A stretch of DNA of 59,141 bases from a virus. Taxonomy: Duplodnaviria; Caudoviricetes. The stretch lies in the IMG/VR virus record IMGVR_UViG_3300031851_000029, positions 1 to 59,141 of that record, one strand, 5' to 3'. A program made the position numbers and the translations under genes. Below the pieces are notes generated by a model, which was not told where the DNA came from, made no database searches, and saw nothing but the letters and a program-made list of their open reading frames with translations. Of the stretch, positions 9,034 through 18,564 are shown in pieces (the stretch's first letter is position 1; each line of letters starts with the position of its first letter).

Positions 9034-12000
9034 TTACCTTGGTCCATCTGGAAGTGTTGCTTTCCAGTCATTGAAGAATGACACCCTATGAGCCATTTTA
9101 TCTATAAAGCCTGATCTACCTTGATGTAATTCATCAAAAGCTGCCCACGAATGCTCTCTGTATCTTGAGTACTCCTCATTAAGTGTCGTAATACCATTTA
9201 TTGTATCTTCTGCAGAATTAGTAACTGCACCAAGAATACTACTAAACATTTCCGCTGGGCTCTTTAAAGTTAACCCAGCAACAATTGGTTTTCCATTTTT
9301 AAGTAATGGAATTACATTTACCGTCTCCTCTTCCATAGCTTTAGAAAAGAGCAGATTCATTCCAACCATCCATGCTGCCGAATTGGCAAGGTGCTTCCTA
9401 TTGTTCCATACTATGGTTCCTCCAGCCCCCGCTCCTGCAGCGCCCCCTAAGAAGCCCATCAATCTCTTGCCTCCGCTAAGCCATGGACTCAATGTTCTCG
9501 CTCCACCAAATACTAAAGCTGCACTTCCAAACACGGCTGCAAGGCCACTTGTAGTAGTTGTTCCAAATCTTGGCGCTATCATATCAATACCTGTAGCTTG
9601 ACCAAGATCGCTTTCTCGTAAAACATTTCTAAACTCATCTATTGGATTATCAGTACCAAAAGTTGCAGCGTACCTTTCTCTAAAATGCTCAATGTTTCGG
9701 ATATCATCTGCGCTCATGTTTTCATCAGTAAACCTATCTACAACAGCACTACTCCCACCAACTAAACGTGTAGCACCGATGTCATTATCTAACCGAGAAG
9801 CAATAGTCTTTGAATCACTATTCAGAGACTGGTAAGCCATTGCAAACAATTTGACCCCTTCTAGAACTGGCCAGCTTGATATTTCATTTGCATAGACGAG
9901 AGCATTTGGTTTTATTTCAGTTAAGAAACCTGTTTCGTGGCTAAACATGTGTATTACAGATTCAACTTCTACTGGTCCAGCCATATCGTTGTAATCATCC
10001 ATTAATATACAGACATCCCATGGACGAATTCTAGCATTACCTAAAATCATTATTTCACCCTTGTACATGCTTTTTAGCCCTGTCATAAGGGATCCTTGAC
10101 CATATCTAACTGCCATGCCATATCCGGTACAGTTTGGATATTGAACTGTTGCCATGTTAAGCATATAGTCGGGTATAGAACTGCTTGCTTGCATATCTAA
10201 ACTCTGCACTGTATTTGTTACAGACCCAGTTTCCGAATCCATTTTCAGGTACGAAACAAGTACATTGTTAACCACGCTAGTTTCGCTTGAAACTATACCG
10301 TTTGAAACAATATCTTGATCAGAGGAAAGTATGTGATACCTTCTGAATGGAACAAATCTTTGCTCCATTCCTGATAAGTATTCAGGTATGAGTTTCGTAA
10401 GCGCTGCTTGTTTCAACATGTTTTTGTGCTCAGTTCCTCCGCGAACAAGCACTGGTGGCGTAGGGGCGTTTGGTCCAGTTTGGCTTTCACGCAAACCTAT
10501 GTCTGCAAGTGCAGCCCAAGCCTCATCAGACATTCTTTCCGATTCTTCTGAACCGTAAGCTTCTTTAAGCTGAGCCTCCATGACAGAAACATCGATTTCA
10601 TCTTGTTCAATCATAGAGACAATGTAACTATGCAGCTTGTTGATTCTCGTAATAAAGTCTCTTGATCCCGGCTTGGACCAATACCTTTGGCTAGGTAAAC
10701 CAAAAAACATTGTGTATCTGAATTCATTTCCATATGGCCTTGCACCATAAATCCAACCAGGATGCCTTAAAGACATTTCTTCAAATGTATCGAAAATAGT
10801 TTGATTCACAAGCTTATATCTACAAGCTGTAGGCCTTACTCTTTTTTCAAGCATGTGAGGATCAGGCATTTCAAATGCCTTCTTCCACCAATCCCGAATG
10901 GTCGTGATTGTTGTCCCTGTAAAAGTTGCTGCAATTCCTGCAGCAAACTGCCTCGTCCACAGTGTCGTTTTTTCCCAGACTCCTTTTCTTTGCCAAAACC
11001 CAAGCGTCATGTACGAAGCAGGATTTGGAGGAAATAAGTTGTCGTCTGCTGGACTCAGTTTCAGTCTAGCTCTAACTCTTGCCATATCTTTTTTGTAAGA
11101 ACCAACCAGGCTACCATATCCCGACTTCATAAATCCCAGCAAGATGTCTAAACCCGCAGCACCGATTGCCATCGGAATAGCCATACGCAATACAGCACTT
11201 GGAGCTTTAATCAAAACATTTCCTACTGTTATTGCGCCAATATGCTTCAAAGGATTTGGAGAAGAAAGTAGCTTTCCCCAAGATGGAGTATTGCCGAAAC
11301 CTGGCCACCATACAGCTCTAGCTGTAAGCATATTCGTTTGCGCCGAAGTAACTGCAGCTCTAAGAGCTGGTCCGCTGGTACGAGATGTTATCAAAGGCAC
11401 AAGCGCTTTACCTGCTTGCCCTCCTTCGAGAACTAGTTGCTGCACAGCTTGTGCTCTAGCAAGGCTCCTACCTTTCAAGACACTAGCTGCTGGTGCGTTT
11501 ATGAAGGTAAGGATTTCGTCAGCGTTCGCTGCAATATCATCTATACTTGCTCCAAGCGGCCTTCCAACACTCATACCTCTAGACCCGTGCATTACTCCAG
11601 CCTTTACACCTCCCCCCGATCTGACTGTCCTGAAGAATGTTCCAACCCTAGTTGCTGCATTTACTCCAACGCCCCTTGTTGCTATCCTGCTGATGCCACT
11701 CAGCGTTGCCGCAATAGGTGCTCCTATAAGCCTCGAAACTGAAAAAGGTTTTGAAACTGCGGCTGATCCCTTAGCAGCTTGCCCAGCCGCCAATCTTGCA
11801 CCTGCAAACCTTATCATCACAACGCTACCTATCAATGCCCCGATTCCCGTCATTATTGGATGAGCTGTCATTGTATCTAAGAGCGAATTAACTACAGGCC
11901 AAGACCCTTGAAAGCCTTCCTTATGGTAAGGGTAGAAGTCTAAATCTGCATTCTTATCTTCACCGATTTGCCTTAAAGTGCCATACTCCCATCGACCAAA

Positions 12001-15000
12001 ATGAGCAACTTCTGGCTGCATCATCATTGCACCAAGCAATTGATGAGTTGTGTAATAAATCTTGTCGTGCCAGTCTGTGCTCCAATCGTTACCTTCAATA
12101 CCTTTGATTTTCTGAGTTAATTCAGTTCCAAAAGATTGGACAACTATATTGCAAAGATCTCCATTAGAGTTCCAAGACAAATCAACTATTCTGCCATTAA
12201 TTAAAACTTCCAACATATTTGGATCATTAGAGTAGCCAACTCTTAACTGAACATTTAATCCTGGACGAAGAACTATTGCTCCAAAAGGCTGCTCTTCTCC
12301 ACTATTGTGCATATGGTCATCACTTTCTGTAGTGATGCTTGGATCAGTATCCAACCCCTGTCTTTCTATTTCTTTTTGATTAAAATAATCCAAATCTACA
12401 GTAACATTTCTTTTTGTTCCATCTAGTGTTCCATTGATGTTTTGTAGAGTTATTTGAGCGGTATCTCCAGGATTTTTTCTAGTAGAATAAAAAGTAAATT
12501 CTTTTACCCCATTGAAAGAATAAAAATCATCCATGTTGAGCATTCTTGATTCATATTCATCTTCTTCAACAAAGAACAGCTTAAACGTAGGATATGCTCT
12601 TCTTACAGAAAGCTTATTTGATATAACATCACTAGCTGAAGAAGCCGCAAGCATCTGTAAGTTTTCTGGTTTATAGAAATTGTCGAATTCATTAAAAGCG
12701 CCAAGTCTTGTGTCGACAACAATATCTGCAGTTGCTTGAGCAGTTTCTTCTGTTACTACATTGCCCATATAGCCTTCTCTGCTACCCATCATTGCAGATA
12801 TAGAATCCATCTTAGTTACTAGCTCTTCGTAATTTTCGCGCTCTCCTGCCCATCCACTGATATTTAGAGTATTCCCATCATTTCCTGATAGTGGTGGTGG
12901 GTTGTCAATAATGGATTCACCAAGCTCTGTCTTTAAACTGCTAGTTGTTCCCGCTGGGGCTTGTGACTCATCTTCTGTTGCAGCTAAGATAAATGCCTCT
13001 CTAGTGAGAGCCTTTGCTCCAGCGGTCCCGCCACCTTTTGTAGTGGTTCCCGCTGAATATTGATGTTCAGCTGCTGCATTCTCTACCAAGACGCCTATAG
13101 CAGCTTGACTATCTGCTTGATAGTTAGCAAGTTGAGCCTCTTGACCCTCACCCTTTGCGCTGCCATAAAATGGATTTCCGGTAGGACCTGTGCTGACCCA
13201 AGCGCTGCTATTGTTTGGACCTACTGGTTTACCGTAAACCCTGCCTGCAGCAGCATCTTCACTATTCGTGCCCCCAGCCCACTCGTAAGTTGCATCGCTT
13301 CTCATCAAGTCTACTTCATCGCTAGCTTCTGGATGTGAAACTATTCTTGAAATTCTTTGCGTTACGTCAGAAGAATGATTGAATATCCCCAAGCCTCCAT
13401 CAGAATTAGGCTCGAGACCTTCTCTTTGCATTCTTTTGTGATGATGATAAGCGCTATGTACAACTGTACTAGTCTTTGCAAAGACTTCATCATAAATTGC
13501 ATCTTTTACTTCAAGGCTTGCATCTTCTGCTGCATTCCACATGTAGAAATCAGGCGAAACTGCATAATTGAATCTTGTAGTATAATAGGGATGATTTGGT
13601 AAATCTAAATCAGGGTAAGCAGGCATACCAGTATATTCATCTACAAGATCAGAAAAACTAGGTACTTCGATATTGTCTAAACCAAGTGAGACAATTAAGC
13701 CCTCATCACTTATAACTATATCTGCAACTTCTTTTAATATCTTCCTTAATTCTTGTAACTTTGCAGTTTCTCCTGCAATCGTACCTATAGAGGCAACATC
13801 GGGATCTGGAACTATACCTGCTTGAGTTTGCCCAATGTAGGAGTCTTCAGTAGGTGATTCGCCCTGAATGATTTCGTCGCCGTCAACCATTTCTACGGTT
13901 GCGCCAACCCCTCCGCCAGCTAAACCAGCAATTCCAATAGTGGCCATTTGTCCACTAATAGAACCAGCAGTTGCAAAAGCTGACCACGCCCCGCCAGCTG
14001 CCCCGGTCAAAGCAGCATCAGTTGGATCTGGAACTAATAGCCAACCCGCAATTGCTACAATAGTCAAAACTGTAGCCGTAGCCCCCATAGCAACTCCAGA
14101 GTAATTCGCTGCAGTAGACATTGCCTCGACCCATCGACTTGTCATAGGAGAGTTTGACAAGTACACAGGGCTAAAGAACCAATCATTAAAATAATCGAAT
14201 TCAAGTGCAGTTGGTACTCTTGTCATATAAAGCGCAGAGTTCCAGTCAGCAACCAGGGATGCTGCAAGCGTTGGAGTGAAGATGTCGAAAATTCCAGCTT
14301 CAATATTTTGATTGATGCTTATTACTTCGGACATGTAATTTTTTCTAATATTTTTAACTTGCTCCCTGTAAAGGGCCAAAGTTGAGTTTGCATTATCTTG
14401 ATTGCCATGAATTCCATCTCCTGAAAGAAGTAGCATACCGCCATCTATACTGCCCTCCCAGGCTTCCCCTGCGACACCCTTTATTGTCCCCATGAAGCCT
14501 TCTACATCGTCCCCTGCCATCCCTGCTGCTACGTGGACTATATAGCCTCTATCATCGTCACTCAGCTCTATTGACATATCAGAAACTATTCTATCTGCTA
14601 AACCACCCATGGCTGCATCTTTGGCATCCATAGTCAAACCCAAAGTCGAAGCCAAACTTCTATAACTATCGTAGCCAGCGTTGTTGGCTATAGCTTCTGT
14701 AAGAAATGCTTCTACATAAGTGACATATCCAGTCCATTGCCGCCCAGCGACATACTCTTCTGGCATGTTGAAAAGCCTTTGCATCACTTCTTGTCTAGGC
14801 AGACTGTTAGGCAAAGTATCCTCTCTTAACGAGAGTCTTGCAGATCTAAGAGTATTATAGACCGTATAGTATAAGCCTTGAAGCTTTGCCATAGTCATGT
14901 TGTCAGCCCCATCACCAGACAATCTTGCTTCTAGTTGAGGATGTATGTTGTAAAAATCAGTTGTATCAACAATGAACTTATCAGTTCCCGTATCAACTAC

Positions 15001-18000
15001 GTTGGAAAAGCTTCCTAGATTTACAACCGTTGGAATCACAGAAACGCTTGGATCTATACCATGAGCCTCCGAGGTGCCAAAAACAGAACCTTCGCTTCTT
15101 GCATCTATTGTACTCAGTATACTGTTGGTGCTTAATATGTAAAAGTCGCTTTCACCTGAAGAGTCGCCTGATTCGTATATTCGATCTATGGAGCCTCCTC
15201 CCTGCCCTGCACCATCTTCGTCAATAAACCTATCTCCAACATAAACTGTAGGGCCAGACCAACCACCCCCATAGCTACCAGATGGAGCGAGTTCGGTTTG
15301 AGATTGTCCGGTTACATGTCCAGAAGCTATCATTTGTTGCCAAAATGCTCCATCTCCTGATTCCGTTACAATTGCCTTTCTGTCAGCGGTAGATTGCGTC
15401 CCAGCCATAAAGCGCGTATGGATTATACGATCTGTATCTATCATAGCTAACGACTTTATACTTTCTATATTTTCGTAGCCGAAGTCCTCAGGAGTAAGCT
15501 CGTGTTCTTCAAGAAGCGCAGCTATATCATCTTGTTCATAGTATCTGTCTGATATTTGATTAAGAAGTAAGTTGCTTACACCTTCTCCAGTCAAATTTAA
15601 GCTTAGTATGCATTTGAGAATCGCTTCTCTAACCTTGTCTAAAGGTTCTTTTGATGGACCAGCAAAATCTAAAGCTTCCGTATTGTATGGATTCGTTTCA
15701 GACAATTCAAAAACCATAGAGCTCATACCAGCATAACCCTCAATAGTATTAGTAGAGGTTCTATGAATTACAGTTCTTTTCTTAAGGAATTCTTGTGCAC
15801 TTTCTTCTGGGATGACAAAATCATTCACTTTATAAGTGCCCAGCAACCTGGTAATAAAGGTTCTTGTAGCAACAGCGTGTCCGTCTGGAATTGCTCTAAA
15901 TTTTCTAGCATTAGATTGAAGCTTTTGCCTCATATATTCAAGCAATGCGCCTTCTTCAGAAAGGTTGTCGTTTCTAGAATTATCTGCGCTAGTTGAGAAT
16001 TCAAAAACATAGCTTGGCTCCATTGAGCCCAGGTGCTGATGCGTTGGGAATTCGTGACCAAGTATAGGTATGTTAGCAACAATATGAGTTAGAGACCCTA
16101 CTACGTTTGTCATGACTAAATTGTCTGGAGACTTTACTGCAAAGATTGAATCCCTTCCATGCTCTTGAAACCCGACTGAACTTCTTCCGTTATACATGCT
16201 CTGAGTGACTGGCATATTGTAATCTGGCTGAATTCCTGGAACAAAGTTTGAATTTTGTAGTAAGAAACTATAGTTTACAGTTCTTTTGAGAATATTTGTA
16301 GCTTCAGTTGTATCTTCATAAGGTACCCATCCATCCCTATACATATCCATAAAATAATTATTTATTTCTTCTTTTTCTTCATCTGTTAAAGTTGTCCCAC
16401 TGCTAGCAGCTGGAGGTGAAGTTACTATTGCCGGATCTGGTATTCCTGTTAAAGACTCTTCGTCTACCTCTTCTTCGCAAACCTCAGCGTCGTCATAACC
16501 TGGATCAGCAGATTCAGCTGGCAGCATGTTTATGTATCTTGGATGATTTCCTGCATACTGGAATGTACCGTCTTCCGCTTGTTGGAGATGAAGCGCTAAC
16601 TCTGGGTCAATTATGCTACCATTTACATAAACTTCGTAGTGTAAGTGTGGGTTTGTAGAGGTTCCAGTATTCCCTACATAGCCGATAATATCTCCTCTTT
16701 CGACAGTAACCCTTGTGAATCCATTTCCAGTAGCTGCTCTACTAGTGCCCTGAATTCTTGCATTGTCTACTATTCCACCAAAAGCTTCACCGAAATTATC
16801 TAAGTGTAAGAAGTTGAAAGAGTATTCGATTAACGTTCCGTCATCACCTTCAACACTCCCTTCAAGGCGTAACTGGTTACCTCCATAGGAAGTTATTCCG
16901 TATTGCTGCTTAGCGTAATCAAGAGCAAGCTGTTTTCTAGCAGTGCTTTTGCCATCAAATTCATCAGCGCTCGTCCCTTGTGCATTCACCGCAAAGGCGT
17001 CTAATAAGTAGTCGTATCCAAGGTAACGCCCATCATAGTTCCAACTTGGTGGTGGAGCTAAAACGTTTACTGGCTGAATTGATCTTACGGTCAAGGTACC
17101 GCTTATTGGAGCGTAAATAGGGGTACCTATTCCTCCAGTGATATCAACACCTTTATGCGAATTGCTCTTGCTAGTGCCTACTCTGTATCCAAAGTCCCCG
17201 CTTACATTCTTCGAATCTACAACTGGATGAAAAACATACTCTGCTTCGTTAGCTATTCCTGGAGTTGTAAAGTCTGTACCACTGCGATCAGTTACTCTTT
17301 GACTAGTTTCGGTAGCACTGTTATGGTCCCATGCTTCTACATAGCTAAAGTCTACTTCTGGATTAGACGTAGAGCCTTGACTTACTGATGCAGTTCCAGC
17401 TCGTGATTGTCTTGCTACTTCCGATATAGTTCTAGCAGCATCATGAAGCTTTTGACGTTCTGGTGTGACTGCTTCCTCTCTACGATCTACTCTCATCTGT
17501 ATGATGCGCGGGTCTACTTGATAAGAAGTATACTCAGTCCAAACGAAGTCGATACCAAGAGTATGTTTCATTACCTGGTCTATTATTTCATTTCTATGAG
17601 TTTTCAAAGTGCGTGGGCCATGAAGAGCATCAACGATTAGATAATTTTCAAGACCTGGTGCTTCGTCATCAGTGAAACCTTCTGGAAATCTGCCTGAAGT
17701 GTATCTTATCCATTCGCCTGCAAAACCACCCATAATATCTGCTGCATCTACATCGAAGCATTCGTAAAGATTTTTTTGCTGTAAATAATTTGAGTAACGT
17801 ATATAGATATTCGAAAGGTTAGGTACCACTGCAGCAGCTCGAGACATTACAGACGGTCTTGCAGCAAGATCAAAAGTCGTTCCCGAATGAGTTAGCAGCA
17901 TATCTTCAAAAGTTCTTCCACCAACAATGTTTAATGTCCTTTCAGAAACTACATCGTATGTTCTTATTTCTGCAGGAGTATCAGCGATTTCACCAACAAA

Positions 18001-18564
18001 AGTTGGCCTACGTTGCATTTGAGCACCAAAAGTATCTATAGTTCTCTTAATGCTGCCACCCGTAGATGTTTCAAACGATTTAGTTGCCCATTCATTTCTA
18101 TATAGCCAATTTGAAGAGTATGGAAAATAGTTAAACCATCTCAAGTCCAAATCTAGAACCCAGGTGCCAGGACTTCCTTTAAAGTTTTGAATAGTCAAAT
18201 TTGTTAAAGTGAAAGCCATATTCTGGTAGCGTGGCCACGTAGGACATATACTGTCTCTCAAGTATGCATTTTGTACGTAACAAAAAGGGCTTTCCCTGAA
18301 TTGGCATATGAGCCTGTGCATATGTAAAAATAGATCTGGAGTAAAAACTATTCTTACCGATACCTGAACAACACCATGCCCAGAAGGTATTTTTGTAGAA
18401 ACTTTAGTACGTAAAGTTTTCCACTGCCACATCATGTCTTCTTTTCTAATAGAAATATTAGTAGGTGGAATTAAAAGATCTACATCGTTAATTTGAAATA
18501 TAACTTCAGTTGCATCTCTTTCCGAGTCTACAGTAGACGAGACTATTGATTCTTTTGTTGGCAT
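9034..18564 (-). CDS. Giant baseplate hub / tail-tip protein with M23 peptidoglycan endopeptidase (3176 aa)
   Basis: M23 zinc motifs HKGVD (17143-17157) and GNTGTSTNPHLHYEV (HLH at 16639-16647). Hub-like motifs LRPGLNVQLRVGYSNDP and YKGEIMILGNARIRPWD. Several Gly/Ala hydrophobic segments. Confidence 0.75.
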   Translation of the reverse strand: MPTKESIVSSTVDSERDATEVIFQINDVDLLIPPTNISIRKEDMMWQWKTLRTKVSTKIPSGHGVVQVSVRIVFTPDLFLHMHRLICQFRESPFCYVQNAYLRDSICPTWPRYQNMAFTLTNLTIQNFKGSPGTWVLDLDLRWFNYFPYSSNWLYRNEWATKSFETSTGGSIKRTIDTFGAQMQRRPTFVGEIADTPAEIRTYDVVSERTLNIVGGRTFEDMLLTHSGTTFDLAARPSVMSRAAAVVPNLSNIYIRYSNYLQQKNLYECFDVDAADIMGGFAGEWIRYTSGRFPEGFTDDEAPGLENYLIVDALHGPRTLKTHRNEIIDQVMKHTLGIDFVWTEYTSYQVDPRIIQMRVDRREEAVTPERQKLHDAARTISEVARQSRAGTASVSQGSTSNPEVDFSYVEAWDHNSATETSQRVTDRSGTDFTTPGIANEAEYVFHPVVDSKNVSGDFGYRVGTSKSNSHKGVDITGGIGTPIYAPISGTLTVRSIQPVNVLAPPPSWNYDGRYLGYDYLLDAFAVNAQGTSADEFDGKSTARKQLALDYAKQQYGITSYGGNQLRLEGSVEGDDGTLIEYSFNFLHLDNFGEAFGGIVDNARIQGTSRAATGNGFTRVTVERGDIIGYVGNTGTSTNPHLHYEVYVNGSIIDPELALHLQQAEDGTFQYAGNHPRYINMLPAESADPGYDDAEVCEEEVDEESLTGIPDPAIVTSPPAASSGTTLTDEEKEEINNYFMDMYRDGWVPYEDTTEATNILKRTVNYSFLLQNSNFVPGIQPDYNMPVTQSMYNGRSSVGFQEHGRDSIFAVKSPDNLVMTNVVGSLTHIVANIPILGHEFPTHQHLGSMEPSYVFEFSTSADNSRNDNLSEEGALLEYMRQKLQSNARKFRAIPDGHAVATRTFITRLLGTYKVNDFVIPEESAQEFLKKRTVIHRTSTNTIEGYAGMSSMVFELSETNPYNTEALDFAGPSKEPLDKVREAILKCILSLNLTGEGVSNLLLNQISDRYYEQDDIAALLEEHELTPEDFGYENIESIKSLAMIDTDRIIHTRFMAGTQSTADRKAIVTESGDGAFWQQMIASGHVTGQSQTELAPSGSYGGGWSGPTVYVGDRFIDEDGAGQGGGSIDRIYESGDSSGESDFYILSTNSILSTIDARSEGSVFGTSEAHGIDPSVSVIPTVVNLGSFSNVVDTGTDKFIVDTTDFYNIHPQLEARLSGDGADNMTMAKLQGLYYTVYNTLRSARLSLREDTLPNSLPRQEVMQRLFNMPEEYVAGRQWTGYVTYVEAFLTEAIANNAGYDSYRSLASTLGLTMDAKDAAMGGLADRIVSDMSIELSDDDRGYIVHVAAGMAGDDVEGFMGTIKGVAGEAWEGSIDGGMLLLSGDGIHGNQDNANSTLALYREQVKNIRKNYMSEVISINQNIEAGIFDIFTPTLAASLVADWNSALYMTRVPTALEFDYFNDWFFSPVYLSNSPMTSRWVEAMSTAANYSGVAMGATATVLTIVAIAGWLLVPDPTDAALTGAAGGAWSAFATAGSISGQMATIGIAGLAGGGVGATVEMVDGDEIIQGESPTEDSYIGQTQAGIVPDPDVASIGTIAGETAKLQELRKILKEVADIVISDEGLIVSLGLDNIEVPSFSDLVDEYTGMPAYPDLDLPNHPYYTTRFNYAVSPDFYMWNAAEDASLEVKDAIYDEVFAKTSTVVHSAYHHHKRMQREGLEPNSDGGLGIFNHSSDVTQRISRIVSHPEASDEVDLMRSDATYEWAGGTNSEDAAAGRVYGKPVGPNNSSAWVSTGPTGNPFYGSAKGEGQEAQLANYQADSQAAIGVLVENAAAEHQYSAGTTTKGGGTAGAKALTREAFILAATEDESQAPAGTTSSLKTELGESIIDNPPPLSGNDGNTLNISGWAGERENYEELVTKMDSISAMMGSREGYMGNVVTEETAQATADIVVDTRLGAFNEFDNFYKPENLQMLAASSASDVISNKLSVRRAYPTFKLFFVEEDEYESRMLNMDDFYSFNGVKEFTFYSTRKNPGDTAQITLQNINGTLDGTKRNVTVDLDYFNQKEIERQGLDTDPSITTESDDHMHNSGEEQPFGAIVLRPGLNVQLRVGYSNDPNMLEVLINGRIVDLSWNSNGDLCNIVVQSFGTELTQKIKGIEGNDWSTDWHDKIYYTTHQLLGAMMMQPEVAHFGRWEYGTLRQIGEDKNADLDFYPYHKEGFQGSWPVVNSLLDTMTAHPIMTGIGALIGSVVMIRFAGARLAAGQAAKGSAAVSKPFSVSRLIGAPIAATLSGISRIATRGVGVNAATRVGTFFRTVRSGGGVKAGVMHGSRGMSVGRPLGASIDDIAANADEILTFINAPAASVLKGRSLARAQAVQQLVLEGGQAGKALVPLITSRTSGPALRAAVTSAQTNMLTARAVWWPGFGNTPSWGKLLSSPNPLKHIGAITVGNVLIKAPSAVLRMAIPMAIGAAGLDILLGFMKSGYGSLVGSYKKDMARVRARLKLSPADDNLFPPNPASYMTLGFWQRKGVWEKTTLWTRQFAAGIAATFTGTTITTIRDWWKKAFEMPDPHMLEKRVRPTACRYKLVNQTIFDTFEEMSLRHPGWIYGARPYGNEFRYTMFFGLPSQRYWSKPGSRDFITRINKLHSYIVSMIEQDEIDVSVMEAQLKEAYGSEESERMSDEAWAALADIGLRESQTGPNAPTPPVLVRGGTEHKNMLKQAALTKLIPEYLSGMEQRFVPFRRYHILSSDQDIVSNGIVSSETSVVNNVLVSYLKMDSETGSVTNTVQSLDMQASSSIPDYMLNMATVQYPNCTGYGMAVRYGQGSLMTGLKSMYKGEIMILGNARIRPWDVCILMDDYNDMAGPVEVESVIHMFSHETGFLTEIKPNALVYANEISSWPVLEGVKLFAMAYQSLNSDSKTIASRLDNDIGATRLVGGSSAVVDRFTDENMSADDIRNIEHFRERYAATFGTDNPIDEFRNVLRESDLGQATGIDMIAPRFGTTTTSGLAAVFGSAALVFGGARTLSPWLSGGKRLMGFLGGAAGAGAGGTIVWNNRKHLANSAAWMVGMNLLFSKAMEEETVNVIPLLKNGKPIVAGLTLKSPAEMFSSILGAVTNSAEDTINGITTLNEEYSRYREHSWAAFDELHQGRSGFIDKMAHRVSFFNDWKATLPDGPR

